Numbered from the stretch's first letter, positions 40,054-50,385 are shown. The stretch: 64,000 bases of DNA from an uncultured Methanosarcinales archaeon (GCA_963843555.1 CAWJKV010000015.1:1-64000); one strand, 5' to 3'. The notes: generated from the letters alone by a model not told the origin. Numbers and translations are program-made.

Positions 40054-40435
40054 AAATTTTTCTGGCATCCCCAATTTCAAAATAGTGAAGTGTCAAAGAT
40101 GAGAACACAAAGATCGGATAAAAAAAATGGGTCCGGAAAATGTATCGCTTGCGGCCAAATGACCACATCCGGGTCATTCTGTCATTATTGTCAGGAGATG
40201 AGAGAGGATCTTCGTTGCTGGCCAAAATAATTGCAGGCCCCCGGGATTTTGATGCTCAAATCTAGCTGCGGAGATCATGCCAAGTTGTCGTACCGCGGTA
40301 TGATCTCTTTGCTTTTTGGAATGCCCTCAGCATAAGTGGCTAAAAAACTCCGACGAAAGTTCATACTTATGATAAGTATGGATGATAAGAATAGAATCCA
40401 TAGTTGATCCAGTACAGTACTTCTTTTAGAAATGA

Positions 40436-40450
40436 ACATAATCGTCTATA
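40436..40450 (+). promoter_or_regulatory. 15-bp motif ACATAATCGTCTATA (copy 2)
   Basis: Ends 38 nt upstream of the second wHTH start. Confidence 0.5.
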
Positions 40451-40488
40451 ATACTGAACAAGATGATCAGTAAAGAAAGGGGAAAACT

Positions 40489-40770
40489 ATGAAAAGGAAT
40501 AGAAACGAGATCATCTCAGAAATCCTGAACATATGCATTAAAGGTTCCAGCAAAACTCGGGTAGTATATCAGGCGAACCTAAATTTCAGAACCGTAGATC
40601 CTTACTTGCAGCTCCTGATAAAAAATGAACTGATAAAAGTTCAACAAGGCCGACATGCAATTTACGAAACCACAGAAAAGGGCATAAGCTTAATGAATAC
40701 CATCAATCAGGTCAATAACACTCTATCGGAAAATCAGAGAATATTCGTCCTGCCAACTTCGCCCCTATAA
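40489..40770 (+). CDS. Small winged-helix transcription regulator (paralog of 38861)
   Basis: MKRNRNEIISEILNIC..KTRVVYQANLNFRTV..YETTEKG. Confidence 0.9.
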   Translation: MKRNRNEIISEILNICIKGSSKTRVVYQANLNFRTVDPYLQLLIKNELIKVQQGRHAIYETTEKGISLMNTINQVNNTLSENQRIFVLPTSPL

Positions 40771-40957
40771 AGCCATTTTTTGGGGCAGCGTCTATAGAGC
40801 ATGATGAAGTCTCTTACCGCAGAATCTGCCATCGGGAAGAGGCATTCAGCCGCTCATGGATAATCTCAGTTTATGGAAGCATATCTTCTCTAATTGTTGA
40901 CAGGGCATGACTAAATACCTTCTGATTTTTAACCTTTTTAGATGACCTGCCCGATCA

Positions 40958-42976
40958 TCATGGCAATGCATTTTGAATTGGCTGATATTTCCCAAGAAGC
41001 TTCGCCAGATCGTTCATGCGCACGGGTTTGCTGATGTAGTCGTCCATGCCTGCAGCCAGGCACTTTTCTTTGTCTCCTTGCAGGGCGAAAGCGGTTATGG
41101 CTATTATCTTCAGGCCTTTATCCGGCCAGCGCTGGCGGATGATCTTTGTAGCCTCCAATCCGTCCATCTCGGGCATTCTGACATCCATCAGCACAATATC
41201 GTATTGCTGGTGTTCCAGCGCTTTCAGAGCCTCTATTCCGTTAGCTGCCACATCAGCGCTATATCCCAGGCGCTTGAGCATGGTCATTGTGACCTTTTGA
41301 TTGGACACATTGTCTTCAGCCAGCAGAACCCGCATAGAACTCGGACCGATTTCCACAATAGTTGGCACAGTCTCTTTCAATGGCGCTGCTCGGGCCGCAA
41401 ATACTGCAATGAGGGCATTATGCAACTGAGACAACTTTATGGGTTTGATCAGTGTTACATCCGATAAGTCGGGCTCTATTCGCTGGCCCATGAAAGCTAG
41501 GATCAGTAGGGGCAAAGTTTTGTTGTATTTGCGAATTATTCTGGCCAGGGGCATGCCATCTATTTCCGGCATATCAATATCCAGGGCAACAGCGTCGAAG
41601 GGATTGCCGCTCTGGACCAATCGGACGGCTTCCTGAACCGAGTCGATGACTGTGGGAATCATGCCCCAATCCCAGGCCTGAAGGCTAAGGATATTTCGAA
41701 TGGTCTTATTTCCTTCAACAATGAGAAGGCGTTTTCCCTGAAGAGAGGGCTGGATTCCGGCAAATGGCAATGTGCTGATAACATGCTCCGCCCTGATTGT
41801 GAAATGGATGGTGGATCCAACTCCAACCTTGCTTTCCGCCCAGATCTTTCCGCTCATCAATTCGACGAGTTTCTTGCTTATCGCAAGTCCCAATCCCGTT
41901 CCCGTGTATTTTTTTGTGATGGGATCATTGGCATTGCTAAACGATTCGAAATCAGCCTGGCTAAATGACTCGGAAAGGCGATCCATCGCCTGGCTATACG
42001 ACTCAAAAAGGTGATCTATCTTATTTGGCGGGATGCCGATGCCTGTATCCTTAATCGCGAAATGAATTTCATATGGAGAACCAGAAAGCTTGGAAGAAGC
42101 TGATACCAGGACTTCTCCCTTCTCTGTGAATTTAACCGAGTTATTGAGCAGGTTGACCAGGATCTGACGCAGCCTGTCCTTATCTCCAATGATCACCCCG
42201 GGCGTATTTTTATCTATTATGCAGGCCAGATTTAGCTTCTTCTCTGCCGCCTTTAATGCCACTGAATCAAGAGCTTCTTCAATGCAATCGCGCAAGTTGA
42301 AATCCTGGACTTCGAGAGTTATTGTTTCCCGCTCAATCTTTGTAAAATCCAGTATGTTGTTTATTATCGACATCAGAGCATCGCCGCTGACCTTGATAGT
42401 CTCTACGAAATCTCTCTGCTCAGGAGTCAGTTTTTCATCAAGAAGGAGGCTTGTCATGCCTATTATTGTATTCATGGGAGTACGAATCTCGTAGCTCATA
42501 TCAGCCATGAATTGCTTATACGTTGTCAAAAGCTCGATAACGCTCTTTTCATCATTTATATAATACTTTTTTTCTCGCCCTGATTTCTCATGAAATAATA
42601 TTTTTCTATCTTCTAAGGTATTGATGTATTTGGATGCGGTGGAGGAGCCTATCGATAATTTGTCAACTATTTGGGAAAATGTCATACCAGGAGAATCGAT
42701 TAAGACCAGGATAATATCACGGAAACGCTTCTGTTGAAGCAGCGGAGTCAAAGTCTTCTCGAGAGGTTTGAGTTTACCGGATGCAAAATATACCTTCAGA
42801 TTTTTTTGTTTTTGGCAGACTATTGACCCCTTCTTTTCCAAATAATCGAGATGATATCTCAGAGTACTCAGGCGGATATCAAGATCCCTTGCTATTTTCC
42901 TCAGATGAGAGCCAGGGTTGTCTGATATGTATTCCAGAACCACTCTACGATTATCGACGCCAACGTCCTCTTGCAT
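40958..42976 (-). CDS. wHTH-HisKA-HATPase-REC-REC hybrid kinase-like protein with H-box His replaced by Tyr
   Basis: N-terminal tandem HTH (NPGSHLRKIARDL..LRYHLDYLE; SPGMTFSQIV), MSYEIRTPMN, NLLNNSVKFT, DTGIGI, GTGLGL, two receiver domains. Likely start ATG 42976. Confidence 0.9.
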   Translation of the reverse strand: MQEDVGVDNRRVVLEYISDNPGSHLRKIARDLDIRLSTLRYHLDYLEKKGSIVCQKQKNLKVYFASGKLKPLEKTLTPLLQQKRFRDIILVLIDSPGMTFSQIVDKLSIGSSTASKYINTLEDRKILFHEKSGREKKYYINDEKSVIELLTTYKQFMADMSYEIRTPMNTIIGMTSLLLDEKLTPEQRDFVETIKVSGDALMSIINNILDFTKIERETITLEVQDFNLRDCIEEALDSVALKAAEKKLNLACIIDKNTPGVIIGDKDRLRQILVNLLNNSVKFTEKGEVLVSASSKLSGSPYEIHFAIKDTGIGIPPNKIDHLFESYSQAMDRLSESFSQADFESFSNANDPITKKYTGTGLGLAISKKLVELMSGKIWAESKVGVGSTIHFTIRAEHVISTLPFAGIQPSLQGKRLLIVEGNKTIRNILSLQAWDWGMIPTVIDSVQEAVRLVQSGNPFDAVALDIDMPEIDGMPLARIIRKYNKTLPLLILAFMGQRIEPDLSDVTLIKPIKLSQLHNALIAVFAARAAPLKETVPTIVEIGPSSMRVLLAEDNVSNQKVTMTMLKRLGYSADVAANGIEALKALEHQQYDIVLMDVRMPEMDGLEATKIIRQRWPDKGLKIIAITAFALQGDKEKCLAAGMDDYISKPVRMNDLAKLLGKYQPIQNALP

Positions 42977-43267
42977 ATGATATTGAACCCTTTTTAGTTT
43001 AAATTTTATACAATGACGTATCCGAAACTGATGCAATTTTGGGTCTATTTAAGGATTTCCTATTAAGAGTTCGGAAATTGTCCCAAATTGCTCTATTTCA
43101 TTCTGACATTGCATTCTGATTGACTCACACTTATTAATAGTATATGCTCTCCGTCAATTATCATGATTCCAATTTGATGAAATCACACGACGAGCTTAAG
43201 AAATTTGTCAACCAGAAATTTGCTGGCTGAAAAAGTAGATATGATACATCCTACTAGCATTTGAAAG

Positions 43268-43612
43268 ATGCCAAACTTCAACGTCTTGCTGGAGGGTGCC
43301 TGGCTGGTCAGAGATGTCAAGACAGAAGATGACGCCATCGGAGTGGCCATTTCTGAGGCAGGCAAGAGATTGAACCAGAGAAAGATGGATTTTGTAGAGG
43401 TAGAGATGGGCCAGTGGGATTGCCCTGAGTGCAAGGAACCCCTCGCGGGCGTCTTTCTCGTCGCCAGCACCGCACTGGTGGCCCTGCTCTTTGAGATAAA
43501 GATCTTCAATGCAGAGAGCCAGGAGCATGCAGGACGAATAGCCAAATCCACGATAGGAAAGGCCCTGGGAACCATCCCCCTTCGAGTGCTGGAGATAGAT
43601 CCGATCAATTAG
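43268..43612 (+). CDS. DUF555 (UPF0212) family protein
   Basis: EGAWLVRDV..DDAIGVAISEAGKRLN..CPEC..EHAGRIAK. Confidence 0.9.
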   Translation: MPNFNVLLEGAWLVRDVKTEDDAIGVAISEAGKRLNQRKMDFVEVEMGQWDCPECKEPLAGVFLVASTALVALLFEIKIFNAESQEHAGRIAKSTIGKALGTIPLRVLEIDPIN

Positions 43613-43651
43613 ACAGCCATTCTTTCCTTAAAAGGCGGGTCTTGAGGACGA

Positions 43652-45952
43652 TTATTTTTTGCCCAATCCGGAAATTCCGGTCTTTGTATCCCCCAGAGTG
43701 GAATAGCCCTTACGACCTGTATCTCCCAGCCCCAGCGATTTTGCCAGCTCCCTGAGATCCCTCTTGCCAGGTTTTCTGGTTTTGGTCCTCTTTGGCGTCG
43801 GTTCCACATTGTATATGCGTTTCTCAGGAATTTTCTCCATCCTCCACTGCGCGATCTTCTCCTTGATCATTTCCTGGCCCTCTTTTGCGTCTACCAATAT
43901 CAATTCCGATCTCACCCATTCGGGGAAGAACTGGTTGACGCCGCCCAGATTGTCGTCTCCAAAACGACGATCGCAAAACAGAAGGACGCCTCTTTCAGAC
44001 TCGGCGCGAATGACCCGGCCCGCAGCCTGCAATCCCCGATTCATAGCGGGCAGGGTATAGGCTATGAGCATCCCTTTCGTCTTGCCATATTTTTTGATGT
44101 AGTAGCCATTGATCTCTTTTTGAATCTCATCATAGGCAGCCAGCGGCAGGCCCACTACGGCCACGCCATTGAGGGCTTCTCCCTTGTAATCAATTCCTTC
44201 CGCCAGCTTTCCGCCACATACTCCCGTCAAGACTGCGCCTGCACGGCGGCCGAGGGAGAAGAACTCCTCCAGCAACTCTGGAACCTCGTCAGCGCTGCGA
44301 GGCTCAATGCAAAGCTTCTTTCCCACCTTTCTTGAGGATACGAGGCACACATCCCTGTAATTATTCATCATGGGGTAAGAGGTAAAGAAGACAGCCACAT
44401 TTCCAGGAACATACTCAATTATCGATCTGATATGTCCGGATATTTCCTCCCTGTTGTCTGCATCGTCCCTGATCTCCAGCTGGGTTGTTGCCTTTTTTGC
44501 AGCCAGGAGCAGGCGGTTTTCTCTGGGAAATGGATTGGGCAGGCTGAGCTTTTGCGCTCTGCCTTCTTCCCCCAGACAGTATAGCTCGTACGCCTCCAGC
44601 GGCGAAAAGGTGCCGGAGAGCATTACAGTAGCGCTGATGTTATCGGTGATGCGCCGGATGTTGGCAGCGGGATCGATATTATTGACCTCCAGGCGGACGA
44701 ACCTCTTTTGCCCTGAGCCGCTCACCACAATCTTCCTCTGGTAGGATGGATCATTTTCAGCCGTCTCCACATCCCTGAGAAAGAGAAGCACAAGCGCAAG
44801 ACTCGGCTGGATGTCTCCTTGCAGGTTTTCTTTGTCCCCCTCGGCCAGATTCAGATCGGCGACAGCCACAGAGACGTCTGAGAAATAGGATAGAGCTTCG
44901 TCAATATCCGCCACACCATTGTAGAGGAAGGAGCGGAACAGATCTGCATCCAGCAGAACTTCTCCCTCCGGCATCCTTTCCTGGCGGCTCTGCAAAAATC
45001 TCTTCAGACGGGGAAGCAGCATCCGTATAACCCTGATTCCTTCCCTCCTCCAGGAAGCTCCCGCTCGCGTTTCCTCGAGCCTTGCCTGGCCCAATGTGCC
45101 TTCGAACTTTTCCACCTCCTTCTCGGCAAGATCTACCATGCGAAGTGTGAGAAGCCGCGAGTTCATAGCCCGCACTGCATCGCCCAGGTTATGGGCTTCA
45201 TCTATAATCAGGGTAACCTTTTCTGAATCTATCTCCAGCCATTGGAATATGATATCCTGAAAGTCAGGGCTGAAGAGGTGAGAATAATTCATTATCACAA
45301 TGTCGCTATTCTTGGCATAGAGGCTCATTATCTCATAAGGGCAGATGCCCTGGCACGAATCAGGAAGCCCGGAAGGAGGCGTGACCCTCTTCTTCAAGCC
45401 TTCCACCACGTCAATAGCACGGCTGGATCTCCGAAAATGGACTTTTCCATTAAGCTCGAAGCCCTCCCTGCTTTTCAGGTAATAGGGGCAGAAGGTCCTA
45501 TAGCCAGGCTCTTCTTCGGGTATGCTGTCGGAACTGGGATCATAGACGCTGGCATTACTTTTGCCGATGCGGGTGGAGACATAATTTTTTGTCCATTCTC
45601 GAAGCCTGGAGCAGCCGGCATAAACGCTCTCACCCCGAAACTCCTTTTCCAGGGGACAGATCCTCTGCTTGCCGACCATGTAAGCGATCTCCGGCTTATG
45701 ACGGGTTTTGGACCATATGCGGTTAATCTCATCGATGTAGATATCGATCTGAGATACTGTTCTCACAGCTACCACTATCTTTCCGGGGGCCGCGGATAAA
45801 GCAGCGCTGATGCAACTCGTCTTTCCTGTGCCGGTGGGCGCATCTATCATCAGCACACCATGCTCTCCAATGCTTACCACATCGTAGACCGCGTCCAGCA
45901 TCCTGTCCTGGTAGGGCCTGAGGGACTCATAAGGGAAATAGTCCAGGTACAC
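43652..45952 (-). CDS. XPD/Rad3/DinG-family Fe-S DNA helicase
   Basis: Q motif, APTGTGKT, CPY Fe-S cysteines, DEAH, SGT, EGID, QAAGRVIR. Confidence 0.95.
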   Translation of the reverse strand: MYLDYFPYESLRPYQDRMLDAVYDVVSIGEHGVLMIDAPTGTGKTSCISAALSAAPGKIVVAVRTVSQIDIYIDEINRIWSKTRHKPEIAYMVGKQRICPLEKEFRGESVYAGCSRLREWTKNYVSTRIGKSNASVYDPSSDSIPEEEPGYRTFCPYYLKSREGFELNGKVHFRRSSRAIDVVEGLKKRVTPPSGLPDSCQGICPYEIMSLYAKNSDIVIMNYSHLFSPDFQDIIFQWLEIDSEKVTLIIDEAHNLGDAVRAMNSRLLTLRMVDLAEKEVEKFEGTLGQARLEETRAGASWRREGIRVIRMLLPRLKRFLQSRQERMPEGEVLLDADLFRSFLYNGVADIDEALSYFSDVSVAVADLNLAEGDKENLQGDIQPSLALVLLFLRDVETAENDPSYQRKIVVSGSGQKRFVRLEVNNIDPAANIRRITDNISATVMLSGTFSPLEAYELYCLGEEGRAQKLSLPNPFPRENRLLLAAKKATTQLEIRDDADNREEISGHIRSIIEYVPGNVAVFFTSYPMMNNYRDVCLVSSRKVGKKLCIEPRSADEVPELLEEFFSLGRRAGAVLTGVCGGKLAEGIDYKGEALNGVAVVGLPLAAYDEIQKEINGYYIKKYGKTKGMLIAYTLPAMNRGLQAAGRVIRAESERGVLLFCDRRFGDDNLGGVNQFFPEWVRSELILVDAKEGQEMIKEKIAQWRMEKIPEKRIYNVEPTPKRTKTRKPGKRDLRELAKSLGLGDTGRKGYSTLGDTKTGISGLGKK

Positions 45953-46051
45953 AGAAAGAGGATGTTGCTGGGAAGAGATAAATGCTATCCATAGGGCGGA
46001 ATAGAAAAGTTGAAATTGTATTAATGACTTTCTAATTTTGTAGCTCTGAAG

Positions 46052-46630
46052 GTGGGGATGATGAAGGGGATAATTACAGTTCTGATTATATTAATAGCGG
46101 CCTATCTCTTTTCGGCAACGTCTTCTGGGGGCGGCGAGAGCGCCTCGAGCATTTTGGGGTATGAGAATTCAGGGGCGCTGGAAACCGGTGCAGATATGAA
46201 GAGGGTTGAGGTCAGGATGAGTGAAGCTCTGAGTGAACTTGAAGCTCACAGGCGAGTCGCGATTGACAAAAAGAAAGCTTCCGACATTATTAACACCAAT
46301 CTATCTGTGTCAGAGAATAATTCCACAAATTCTTCCGCCATGAATTCCTCGGCACTCAACTCATCTGTGGCCGATCTCCCTGCCGACAAAGCAATTAGAT
46401 CAGCATTCAGTGAATCCGGGGAAGAAGCATCTTCTGAAGGCTCTCTCAACGAAAGCGGTTATGCGGAGCCAGAAGAAATTGGTGCCAATTCCAGGGCCAG
46501 CTTCAAAGGCTTTTACGGCATCACTGCCTCCCAGCATGAGGTGGGCAAGAACGATATCGATTCCAGGACTTTCCTGAGCGGAACCTTTTCCATGGACAAG
46601 ACGGTAAAATTCCAGGATAGAGGCATCTAG
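46052..46630 (+). CDS. Hypothetical secreted protein
   Basis: Signal peptide, Asn/Ser-rich linker, LSGTFSMDKTVKF C-terminus. Confidence 0.75.
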   Translation: MGMMKGIITVLIILIAAYLFSATSSGGGESASSILGYENSGALETGADMKRVEVRMSEALSELEAHRRVAIDKKKASDIINTNLSVSENNSTNSSAMNSSALNSSVADLPADKAIRSAFSESGEEASSEGSLNESGYAEPEEIGANSRASFKGFYGITASQHEVGKNDIDSRTFLSGTFSMDKTVKFQDRGI

Positions 46631-46635
46631 GGTCA

Positions 46636-47925
46636 ATGGATGTGCCAATGACAATGAATTGTTGCCCCAAAAAGATCCTATCGATCGCCCTCGTCTCTCT
46701 CATCTTTGTCTCGTTAATCTCTATTTTTCTTGTTCTGGCGGAATCCAATTCAGCCTATGGAGCTGAGCCCAGAGAGGAATGGAATAAGACCTATGGGGGA
46801 AGGTATGGAGATGGCGCCTGGTGCCTGCAAGTGACGTTGGATGGAGGTTATATCCTGGTCGGCAATACGGCAACCAGAGGAGAGGGAAGCGACCTGTGGC
46901 TGATTAAAACAGATCAATATGGAAACCCTATCTGGAGCAGAATTCTCGGAGGATCAGGCGAGGACATCGGATATTTCGTGAAGGAGGCAAATGACGACGG
47001 TTTCATCATCACGGGAAGCACGAAGTCCTTCGGCATGGGCGAGGAAAGGCTCTGGCTGATCAAGACGGATGGCAATGGGAGCCTAATCTGGGATAAAACC
47101 TTTGGGGGATTCGTATCCTCTTCCGGTGACGGTGGGTGGTCCGTCGATGAGACCAAAGATGGGGGTTACATCGCCACGGGCTATACCCAGTCTCTGGGCA
47201 GAGGAAGAAAAGACCTCTGGCTCCTGAAGACCGATGATCTGGGAAACAGGGTCTGGGATCGTACTTACGGCGGACGGGAGGACGATGTGGGTATTTCGGT
47301 TCTGCAGAGCCGGGATGGGGGATACATTGCGGCAGGTCGGACAGCATCCTTTGGAAAAGGTGGAGATGACATCTGGCTCTTGAAAACCGATTCACAGGGA
47401 AAAGAGGCCTGGAATGCTACTTTTGGGGGCAGCAAGGATGACGCCGGCTTTCAGGTGGTGGAGCTCAAGGACGGCTATGCTCTGGTGGGCAGGACAGAAT
47501 CTGGCTCCGATAACAATAGAATCATTCTCATCAGAACCGATCTCGCGGGTCGAGAGCTTTGGGAGAGTACCTACCAGGGGGGTTCGGGCGCATCTCTGCA
47601 GCCGACAACCGACGGCGGCTTCATCATCGCAGGACGGATTGATAGCAAGGAATCGGGAAGAGATGCCCTCATTATCAAGATCGATTCCAGGGGTAACGAG
47701 GCGTGGGCACGAGTCTTTGGAGGTGGGGCAGATGATATCGGCACCTTTGCCGTGCAAAACCGAGATGGAGACTATATTATGGCAGGCATAACCAACACTT
47801 TTGGATCTGGAGCAGAAGACGCCTGGCTTATCAAGATGCGAATGGAAATCCCTCTTCACAATTCGACGAAGTTGCAGAATTTGACTCGGTCATTTCATGC
47901 CATAGCTCTACATCCTGTGACTTAG
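46636..47925 (+). CDS. Secreted repeat protein (beta-propeller-like)
   Basis: About 7 repeats of W..TYGG...D.G..V....DGGYI..G.T.SFG.G..D.WL.KTD..G. Confidence 0.85.
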   Translation: MDVPMTMNCCPKKILSIALVSLIFVSLISIFLVLAESNSAYGAEPREEWNKTYGGRYGDGAWCLQVTLDGGYILVGNTATRGEGSDLWLIKTDQYGNPIWSRILGGSGEDIGYFVKEANDDGFIITGSTKSFGMGEERLWLIKTDGNGSLIWDKTFGGFVSSSGDGGWSVDETKDGGYIATGYTQSLGRGRKDLWLLKTDDLGNRVWDRTYGGREDDVGISVLQSRDGGYIAAGRTASFGKGGDDIWLLKTDSQGKEAWNATFGGSKDDAGFQVVELKDGYALVGRTESGSDNNRIILIRTDLAGRELWESTYQGGSGASLQPTTDGGFIIAGRIDSKESGRDALIIKIDSRGNEAWARVFGGGADDIGTFAVQNRDGDYIMAGITNTFGSGAEDAWLIKMRMEIPLHNSTKLQNLTRSFHAIALHPVT

Positions 47926-47998
47926 TTGGATATCATTGTCGTCAGCATCCCTCAACCAATAGACAAAAAATTTTTAAAAGATGAGATGCAATAGCTGA

Positions 47999-48718
47999 AT
48001 GATGCCAACAACCGTCAGGATATCGGATATAAGCCTCTATCTGCGTTGCCCCAGGCTGGTTTACTTTGAGGCTCTGGGAAGTATGCCCAGAAAGAACAAT
48101 GCCCGGCATATCCTCATACGTAGCCTGATGCTCACCCTATCAAAAAAAAGCGATCTGGAAAGCCAGCTAAGAGAGGCTCTGATGAGGTTGGAAGAGGAGC
48201 TGCCTCTGGTTTATGAGATTGAGGTCGCAGAGCTCGGACCCGTCTGCCGGGAGATGGAGGGAAAGATTGCATCGATCGCTGAAAACCTCGCTGAATACAT
48301 CGATTATCTCCTGCCGTATGAACCGGAAGTGGACCTCTGTTCAGAGAAACTGGGTCTATCGGGAAGGCTGGATCGACTTGCGCCGGGCAGTACCCCGTCT
48401 CTCATCCGCACTTGTCAGGCACCAGAGAACGGAGTCTGGAAGAGAGATAGGCTCACAATAGCTGGTTATGCTCTGCTATTGGGAGAGAAGCATAAGATGA
48501 GAATAGATCACGGGCTTGTGGAATATGCGAGCTTTGGCCTTATGCGAACGGTTCAGATTCATAGCGTGGATAGAGCCCGGGTGTTGCGCATACGCGATAG
48601 AATAAAGCAAATAAAAGAAGGCCAGCTTCCCGATCGCCCGGATGGTTCCCGTTGCCAGACGTGTATGGCGTCGGAGATATGCGAGACCCGTCAAACCCTA
48701 GCTTCAAGATTTTTTTAG
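47999..48718 (+). CDS. Solo Cas4/Dna2-like Fe-S protein
   Basis: SDISLYLRCPRLVYF, LSGRLD, C-terminal CQTC....IC; no CRISPR array or cas genes nearby. Confidence 0.85.
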   Translation: MMPTTVRISDISLYLRCPRLVYFEALGSMPRKNNARHILIRSLMLTLSKKSDLESQLREALMRLEEELPLVYEIEVAELGPVCREMEGKIASIAENLAEYIDYLLPYEPEVDLCSEKLGLSGRLDRLAPGSTPSLIRTCQAPENGVWKRDRLTIAGYALLLGEKHKMRIDHGLVEYASFGLMRTVQIHSVDRARVLRIRDRIKQIKEGQLPDRPDGSRCQTCMASEICETRQTLASRFF

Positions 48719-48859
48719 CTTATGAAGAACCCCTGACAGAAGACCGGCTAAACCCATAACTTATAAAGGGGTAGCCTCCTTTATATTGCAGACTCAGCAC
48801 ATTTCAAGCTGATGGCAGGCTGCCCCTTGGGCCGCCTGCCGATTAAGAGGACGTATAAG

Positions 48860-49963
48860 ATGGCAACCATAGAGGAGCAGATTAAGGCGCTGGAAGAGGA
48901 GATCTTTAACACCCAGAAGAACAAGGCCACTGAGCATCATCTGGGTAAGATCAAGGCCAAGATCGCGAAGTTAAAGGCACAGCAAGAACTTCAGAAAATC
49001 AAAGGCGGCGGCGGTGGCAGAAGATACTATATCAAGAAGTCCGGCGACGCAACTGTGGCCCTGGTTGGTTTCCCATCCGTAGGAAAGTCCAGCCTGCTCA
49101 ACTACCTGACGGGATCCAAGTCTGAGGTTGCCGCATATCAATTCACTACCCTGGAGGTCATTCCGGGCGTCATGAAATACAAAGGCGCTGAGATCCAGAT
49201 ACTGGATATGCCGGGCATCATCAAAGGAGCTGCGAAGGGCAAAGGAAGGGGTAGAGAGGTCATAACGGCAGCTCGCGCGGCAGATATAATACTGCTACTG
49301 GGAGACGTATTCAACTATAAGCTGAATATCCTGGAGCGCGAGCTCTATGACGCAGGCATCCGGCTGGACAGGCAGCCTCCTAACATTCACATTACTCAGG
49401 AGAAGAAAGGCGGAATAATCGTGCGCAGTACGGTCCCTCTCACCAACATGACCGAGTTCGAGATCGCAGAGATCATACGCGCCTACGGCATAGTGAACGC
49501 CAATGTCACCATCCGCGAAGATATCGATACGGATAGCCTGGTAGACTTCCTGGCTGGTAACAGAGTCTATATTCCATCTGTGGTGGCCATAAACAAGTTC
49601 GATCTGCGCTACGGAGGAGTCGAGAACAGGATTCGAGAGGAGCTAGACAGAGACTATCTCCCTGTCTCTTGCGCGACACTTGAGGGTTTGGAGGAGCTGA
49701 AGGATATGATTTACCAAAAGCTGGGCTTCATTCGTGTCTATCTCAAGCCGAAAGGGGGCAAAGCGGATCTGGAAGAGCCGTTGGTGCTCTTGGACGGAAG
49801 CACTGTTAAGTCGGTCTGCGAGCATCTTCATCGCGACTTCGTGAATCTCTTCCGCTATGGTCTGGTCTGGGGCAAGAGCGCCAAGTTCCCGGGCCAATCG
49901 ATCGGTCTGGACCATGAGCTCAAGGACTGTGATATACTCTCCATAATCACGAAGAGAAGGTAA
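48860..49963 (+). CDS. DRG/Rbg-family GTP-binding protein
   Basis: NKATEHH, GFPSVGKSS, YQFTTL, DMPG, NKFD, TGS domain. Confidence 0.95.
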   Translation: MATIEEQIKALEEEIFNTQKNKATEHHLGKIKAKIAKLKAQQELQKIKGGGGGRRYYIKKSGDATVALVGFPSVGKSSLLNYLTGSKSEVAAYQFTTLEVIPGVMKYKGAEIQILDMPGIIKGAAKGKGRGREVITAARAADIILLLGDVFNYKLNILERELYDAGIRLDRQPPNIHITQEKKGGIIVRSTVPLTNMTEFEIAEIIRAYGIVNANVTIREDIDTDSLVDFLAGNRVYIPSVVAINKFDLRYGGVENRIREELDRDYLPVSCATLEGLEELKDMIYQKLGFIRVYLKPKGGKADLEEPLVLLDGSTVKSVCEHLHRDFVNLFRYGLVWGKSAKFPGQSIGLDHELKDCDILSIITKRR

Positions 49964-50113
49964 GCGACAATTCCGCATTCTAACCAACAAGTATATATGC
50001 CAATCTATCCTTTAGACGATGCTGCATTATTGCGTCGATCAAAGAGATTTGTTGAGATGTTTTCTGTGGCAGTTTCGATTCTTTGAATCGATTCAAAAGG
50101 TACGTGAATTAAA

Positions 50114-50314
50114 ATGTTTGAGCGAAAATATGAAAACAGCGGTAGCAGCAGCAGAGGCGGCTACAATAGCGGTCCGAGAGAAATGACAGATGTTACTTGT
50201 TCAGAATGCGGGAAGCAAACCCAGGTCCCCTTCAAGCCGGATGGATCCAGGCCGGTTTACTGCAGCGAGTGCTATCAGAAGCACAGACCTGCCAGGGCAC
50301 CCAGAAGATACTAA
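50114..50314 (+). CDS. CxxC-x17-CxxC zinc-ribbon protein
   Basis: CSECGKQTQVPFKPDGSRPVYCSECY. Confidence 0.93.
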   Translation: MFERKYENSGSSSRGGYNSGPREMTDVTCSECGKQTQVPFKPDGSRPVYCSECYQKHRPARAPRRY

Positions 50315-50385
50315 GCCGATTTGATTATTCCTATAATCGATCTGTTCTAATTGACAGCGTTCGCAACAGGGCGTACAAAAAGAAC

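Noticed and set aside
47999..48718. CRISPR-Cas locus
   Set aside because: Only a solo Cas4-like gene; no array, cas1 or effector genes.
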